Assembly: GCA_010015805.1 (NCBI GenBank)
Contig: ML978123.1
Coordinates: 1,302,001 to 1,366,000 of the forward strand
DNA: 64,000 nucleotides
Reading direction: 5' to 3'
Source of the DNA: Rhizodiscina lignyota
Taxonomy: Eukaryota
Below, one piece after another: positions 58,794-64,000 of this stretch (the stretch's first letter is position 1; each line of letters starts with the position of its first letter). The position numbers and the translations under genes are program-made. The notes under the pieces were generated by a model, which did not search any database, was not told where the DNA came from, and saw only the letters and a program-made list of their open reading frames with translations.

Positions 58794-61700
58794 ATGGAGG
58801 AGCAGGCAACTACTCTTCTCGCTACTCTGAAGAGAAGCTCGGTTCCCGTCGATGCAAAAGTCACACAATTCAACAACCTCAAGTCCAACATAAAGCACCT
58901 CCGCGTACCCGACGCCGCCCAGGCAAACATCTTTGAATGCGTTCGGCTTGCTATATCGTCCACCACCTCGCCTTCCCTTGTCGCGACAGGCTTTTCCTCT
59001 CTTGGGCATCTCATCAAGCGTCTGACGCTCCAAGATCAGACCAATGTTGTGGTAGCGCACAGCAATAAGATATTACCAATCCTCCTCGAGAGATTAGGGG
59101 ATGCGAGAGAGAGCCATCGAGCGGCCGCGGCGAGCGCGCTGGCAGACCTATGGCCACTATGCAAAGAAAAGGTTGAGGTGTTGGTGAGGGACTCAGCTAT
59201 TGCAGGTAACAATGCGAGGGCCAAAGAGGCGTCTATCAAATGGCTAGCCAAGATGCACAAGGTTGAGGGATTTCATTTCAGATCCTTTGTACCTTCCCTG
59301 GTAGCCGGTTTGGAAGACGCAGACCCAGTGGTGAGAGAAACAGCAAAGAATGTCGTCGTAGAGCTGTTCAAGTGGGTTCTAGCACCCTCTTTGTTAAGGT
59401 TCAGTGCTTATAAAGGACTAGGAGTGCTTCCGAGCGCGCAAAGACCGATGTCAAAAAGCAAATGACTGCGCACAATGTCCGAAAAACTACAGTACAATTC
59501 GTTACCTCTCAGTTAGAAGGTCGACCACCATTGGAACCCCCTGCCGATCTCAAAGCGTCCACCATGTCATTACCGAACTTCTCAGCAGAGCGGCCTGAGT
59601 CTGCTCTTGGGGATAGCGCCATGTCAGAGATACCTCCGCCCGCAGAAACAGTGCCTATGGACCCAATGTACATTCATTCGCAACGAGACCTGGAGGACGC
59701 GTTCAGAGAGATGCATCCTCACTTCGAAGGCAAGGAAACGGAGCACAATTGGATACCGCGAGACAAGAGCGTGACAAAATTGAGGCGACTCACCTCAGGA
59801 AATGCTCCTACCGAATTCCATGTTGCATTCGTCGTGGGCATTAAGAGCGTGGCCGATGGTATTTTCAAGGTCGCAAACTCCCTGCGGACGACAATGTCGA
59901 CAAACGGCTGTCAGCTAGTCCAGGAGCTCGCGAACACTCTTGGTTCAAGCTTTGATCCAATCGTGGATTTCTTGTTGCCTGGATTCGTGAAGATGAGTGG
60001 TGGAACTAAGCACATCGCCGCTTCCAACGGCAATACGACAGTTGAAACGATCCTCGGAAATATTTCCTATCACCATCGGAGGATGGAGCTTGTTTGGTCT
60101 GCTTTTCAAGAGAAGAATGTAGGAATCCGGTCCTTCGCATCCGGCTGGCTCAAGACACTACTCCAAAAGCATAGCCAGAAGTCGCTTGAAGGGTCGCTAG
60201 AAATTGTTGAGAAGTGTCTCAAGAAAGGTCTAGCAGACCCCAGCCCCAAAGTGAAAGAAGGGGCCAGATCTGCATATTGGGTTTATGCCAGATTGTGGCC
60301 AGCAAAAGGTGAAGCTTTCCTGGGATCATTGGAAGGACGTACCAAGCAGTATGTGGAGAAGGATCCCAGCAATCCAAATGCCTCATTGGCATCTTCGCAA
60401 AGTAGCGTGGCTACAGCTCCTGGAGATCGTCCCCTCACCGCCGCGTCAGGGCGCGCATCCATACGCGAAGCCATTTTGGCACAACGAAGAGCACAAGCTG
60501 CTGCTGCGAAACTGGAAAGGCCAAGCTCTGCACAGTCTGTTCTCTCTCCTGCTACTCGCCCTCCTTCTTTGCGAAACGCGCAATCGACAGTCAATGTCCG
60601 GCAAGCATCCAATGTCGCCGCGGCCTCCGCACGATCACAGGCGAGCTCCACCGCGACAGCTTCAGCATCTTCTAGCGGCAGTGGTTTAATGTCTGCGCCT
60701 GTGCGACGACCACGTCGCCCGGAGTTGAACAGGCCTGCTACTGCTGATCCTTACCATCGGGGAAATCGTGGCGTGAGAGCTGCAAACCAAGCAACGCCAT
60801 TGATGAGCCCTACAACCAGTCCAGGTAAAGACTCAACAGTCCAAAAGACATCACCCGGAAAGTCTTCTCGGACGCCAGCTTCGCACATTCCTGTCAGCCC
60901 ACCAAGAAGTAAGTCTCGCGTAGGGCAATTGGCAGGATCCGGGCGACGGGCGCGAGCTCCAAGCGAACCTACTGCAAGCCCTGGCTCTAGTCCTTTGAAG
61001 GCGGATGACTTGACGTATGTGGTGCCCTTCACACGACCACCCGGTGATGGAGAAGAGACTGCGTCAGCCAACGGAATGCCGATCCGCAAGCGTGCTGGCA
61101 TGGACAAAACTATGAGTGTCGACGGTGGAATTGCTGGCCTCACTGGCACTCCGACGGAAGACGAAGGCTTCACAATGGTGCTCCCACCACATTTGAAGCT
61201 CAGCCAATCTCAATCGGAAGCGAGTAGGCTGCCAAGAATGACCCCTCAAAAGACGGCAAGCCCACGTGCAAGCCCCAGAATCAGTGTCACAGAAGATGGT
61301 AGTCCTGGCAAGAGTCCTTCTCGCCTTTCTCGCTCACCGCTTCCGCAGCGGCAGATTTTCCCCTCGGACAACGAAAGCTCCCAGAAGGAGGAAGTGAAAA
61401 TCTACGAAGATCCCTTTATTGCTGAGGAAGATGCCGAAATTGACTCCACTACCCCCCGCCCTTCCAGTCCCGAGAAACCCGTCCTCGAAGAGCTTCCGAT
61501 CAATGAACGCAATGCCGAACCAGACTCACCTTTCCCAGACTCTGGCGCAAGTAGTACTTCATCGAACGAACAGAATCGGCCTCTACCGCAATCCCCAATT
61601 CGATCTCCCACCAAGACGAACGGCGACAGCAACGCCGTGGAGGTCACGCACGATCGCGCTGAAACTCTGCGTTCACGGCGACTACTGACCAGCGGCATCG

Positions 61701-62527
61701 AACGAGTGCGAGCGCGCACACTAGATGCGCACGGCTTCCGCAGACTGCAGGATCTCGTGAAGCAGGGCAACCCAGACATCTGGTACATCGAGGGCTCGCC
61801 GGCCAATTCATCAAACGACGTCTCGACCCCACCGCCGGCGACCCACAACAAGTTCGCCGATCTCTTACAAGCGCTGCTGAGCTACCTCTCCACCCCGCTC
61901 GACCAGAGCAAATTCCCCGCCACCAAGGCACAGAACCTCAAGACACAGGCGCTCGCGACACTGCGCGCCATGCTGGCGCTGTGGAAGAATGAAAGCCAGC
62001 GCTTCGCCTCGGCCGTGCTGTGCGACGTCGTCAAGGCGCGCGGCGAGTGGGACGGCTCGTCGCATTTGGGCAGCGAGCTGGAGCGCACGAGCGAGGAGAT
62101 TGCGGCTCTTGTCGCGAAGACGGGGAAATTGAGTGACGGGATTGATGGTGTGCTGGATGTTGCTGAGGGGCAGGCGGAGAAAGGAGAAGAGGGCAAGAAT
62201 AGCAGGATTGTCACTGCGGGGCTAGGTACGCTTGCACTGTTGCTTTCGCTCTGTGGACGCGCGGGTGTGGCGCTCGGCGCGGCGCAAGCGGAAAGGTTGG
62301 GTAGGGTGGCGGTTAAGTTCTTGGGCGATCAGGATCCTGATGTCAGGAGGGCGGATATGGAGTTCTGTCTTGAGCTGCATGAGCGGCTCGGTGGAGCCAA
62401 GCAGGAGGGCAGCGATGACGGAGATGCGGAGACGGGAGGCTTTTGGAAGGCGATGGCCACGGCGGGATTGAGGGCGGAGCAGGTCAATCTCATCACCTAC
62501 TATCTGGCCAGGAGGGGAAAGGCTTGA
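58794..62527 (+). CDS. STU1: STU1/CLASP microtubule-associated protein
   Basis: N-terminal TOG/HEAT repeats (LKSNIKH, LERLGD, LEDADPVVRETAK), CLASP-N FEGKETEHNW..R, SLRTT, S/P-rich linker RRPELNRPATADPY, C-terminal HEAT region ending NLITYYL. Intron about 59372-59421. Confidence 0.93.
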
Positions 62528-64000
62528 TGGCTGAGCTCCTAGACGGGAGCTTTTCTTCGCTTCTTGTGCGACTGGGATATCGCGAGAGACGACATCGAGA
62601 AGGACCTGAGATACCCTTCACTTGGCGTTTGGCATTGGACTTACGGTTTGGGATTGATTAGATGGCTTCTTGTTGTACAGTACTTTTAGTCTTCCGCTGG
62701 ATATATGGTAGTGTCTGAGCCGAGTGTACTTTTATGATAAAAAATGCTAGTATTGGTATTAATACTGTCCAGTTTGTATTCAGCCTGATCTCCCACTTCG
62801 ATAAAGCGTAAGGAATCATCAGCCAATTGACAACTTGAAAAGTATACTCTCGTGTGGCAGAATAGCTAGCGCCCACGAAGGTTAGGATGTAGCGCAACCG
62901 AGTTTTGCTCCCCAACGCATGCGGGAGCATCGCTGAAAGCTCTGTGCGATGTATACTAGCCGGTGTTTACTAAATCCGCACAGCTTCAACAGACTTAATC
63001 TGTCTTCACATAAGAGATTGTGCAACCTATTTGTTCGATACATTGGAGCTATGTCTCAATTATTTTGTCACTCTGGAGGCGCTCGTGTGCCGCGGTGCCG
63101 CCCACCTTCGACTCAGTCACCAGAGCGCAGTGTCAGTGGCATGGAAAGTTCGATTTGAGTAGTGCTGGAGGCTGTGTATATAGGCAGCGCGGGCCAGATT
63201 CAAGCTCGGTATCACTGCCATAAAAGGTCATCCGCGAAACGCGCTCACTTAGGATAAAGGTCGCGTAGAGTGAACGCTGCTAGTTAAGACTTGAAGCGGA
63301 CGCAAAAGTTGAAGATGATTGTAATTACCGCTAGAAGCTGCTTATGGCTTGCGCGACCAAGCGTTAAAGTTCGCATTCGTTGACAGTTAAGGGTGTTTGT
63401 TGACAACGCCAGTAAGCCTTGAAGCCTGACTCAATGCTTATTGGAGGCTGCTTATAGACGGCCTCGTCAGGGGTTTGAGTTCGATTCGGTTCCAGAAGAT
63501 GCATTCTTGGGTCTAATTAGAAGTATTCTGCATGGCCTTTAATGTCTATTTCGATGCAGTGGAGTCTTTCAGATCGCCGCACGTGATCGATTCTTCGATG
63601 TGGTGACTCGTGAGACAGACGCAGCTACCCCGTAAGGAGGCGCGAAAAGCAAACGTGAGGCTCAATGAGACATGCAAGCCACAGTCACGCCGAGTAGTGC
63701 CAGGCACGCGAGCAAGAGCCAATGGATCCGTGTTGGTGTCAGCTCGCGACTTTGGAGATCCTCGTGGTGATGAAACATGCTCAGTGGACCGAACGCGCAA
63801 TTCGTACGGCAGATTATGGTCTTGGACACTGACGCAAGAAATCAATGTGTAACGCAACAAGTCCGAGCGCCGTTGGTGTAAGTTCCTTTTGCAAACGCTT
63901 GTCTCTGTGCGACCGAAGAGGACCTAATATGGCGGCAGTATAAGAGATGAATGATGACGTGATAACGAGAGATGAAGTCTGAATATCTGGGGAGCTTCAA

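Noticed and set aside
63468..63495. GAGTTCGATTC resembling a tRNA T-loop/B-box
   Set aside because: No T-stem pairing, acceptor stem or A-box could be built around it.
62600..64000. Short ORFs at the right end of the window
   Set aside because: No motifs, coding bias or consistent splice structure; treated as intergenic.
1..64000. CRISPR/Cas13 interpretation of the two-HEPN-motif protein
   Set aside because: Eukaryotic intron-containing DNA, no repeat-spacer array in the window, and the protein consists almost wholly of the two repeats with no room for a guide-recognition lobe; the Cas13 comparison is architectural only.

Overview
Gene-dense genomic DNA from a filamentous ascomycete (Pezizomycotina, probably a dothideomycete; the taxon is an inference), with short GT-AG introns and about 27 protein-coding genes. 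Conserved housekeeping genes include a TPT-family nucleotide-sugar transporter, TFIIIC delta subunit, MCM4, tubulin cofactor A, THOC7, a sphingolipid delta-8 desaturase, PMS1, a KH-domain protein, an SDT1-like nucleotidase and STU1/CLASP. Accessory genes lie between them. The strongest novelty candidate is an intronless 566-aa ORF (18514-20214, minus strand) made of two diverged copies of a helical module. Each copy carries a HEPN-type R-phi-x3-H motif (RHCIAHDF and RNWCAHEY) in a DUF86/HepT-like context, suggesting a single-chain tandem-HEPN ribonuclease in a fungus, with no MNT antitoxin visible nearby. A second system is a three-gene cluster: an NRPS-like A-T-R reductase, a Zn2Cys6 regulator and an aldo-keto reductase, whose promoters hold three GCGG-N11-CCG sites. 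No tRNA, rRNA, transposon or CRISPR array could be supported. All family calls come from motif recognition by eye, with no database search, and exon boundaries are manual estimates.
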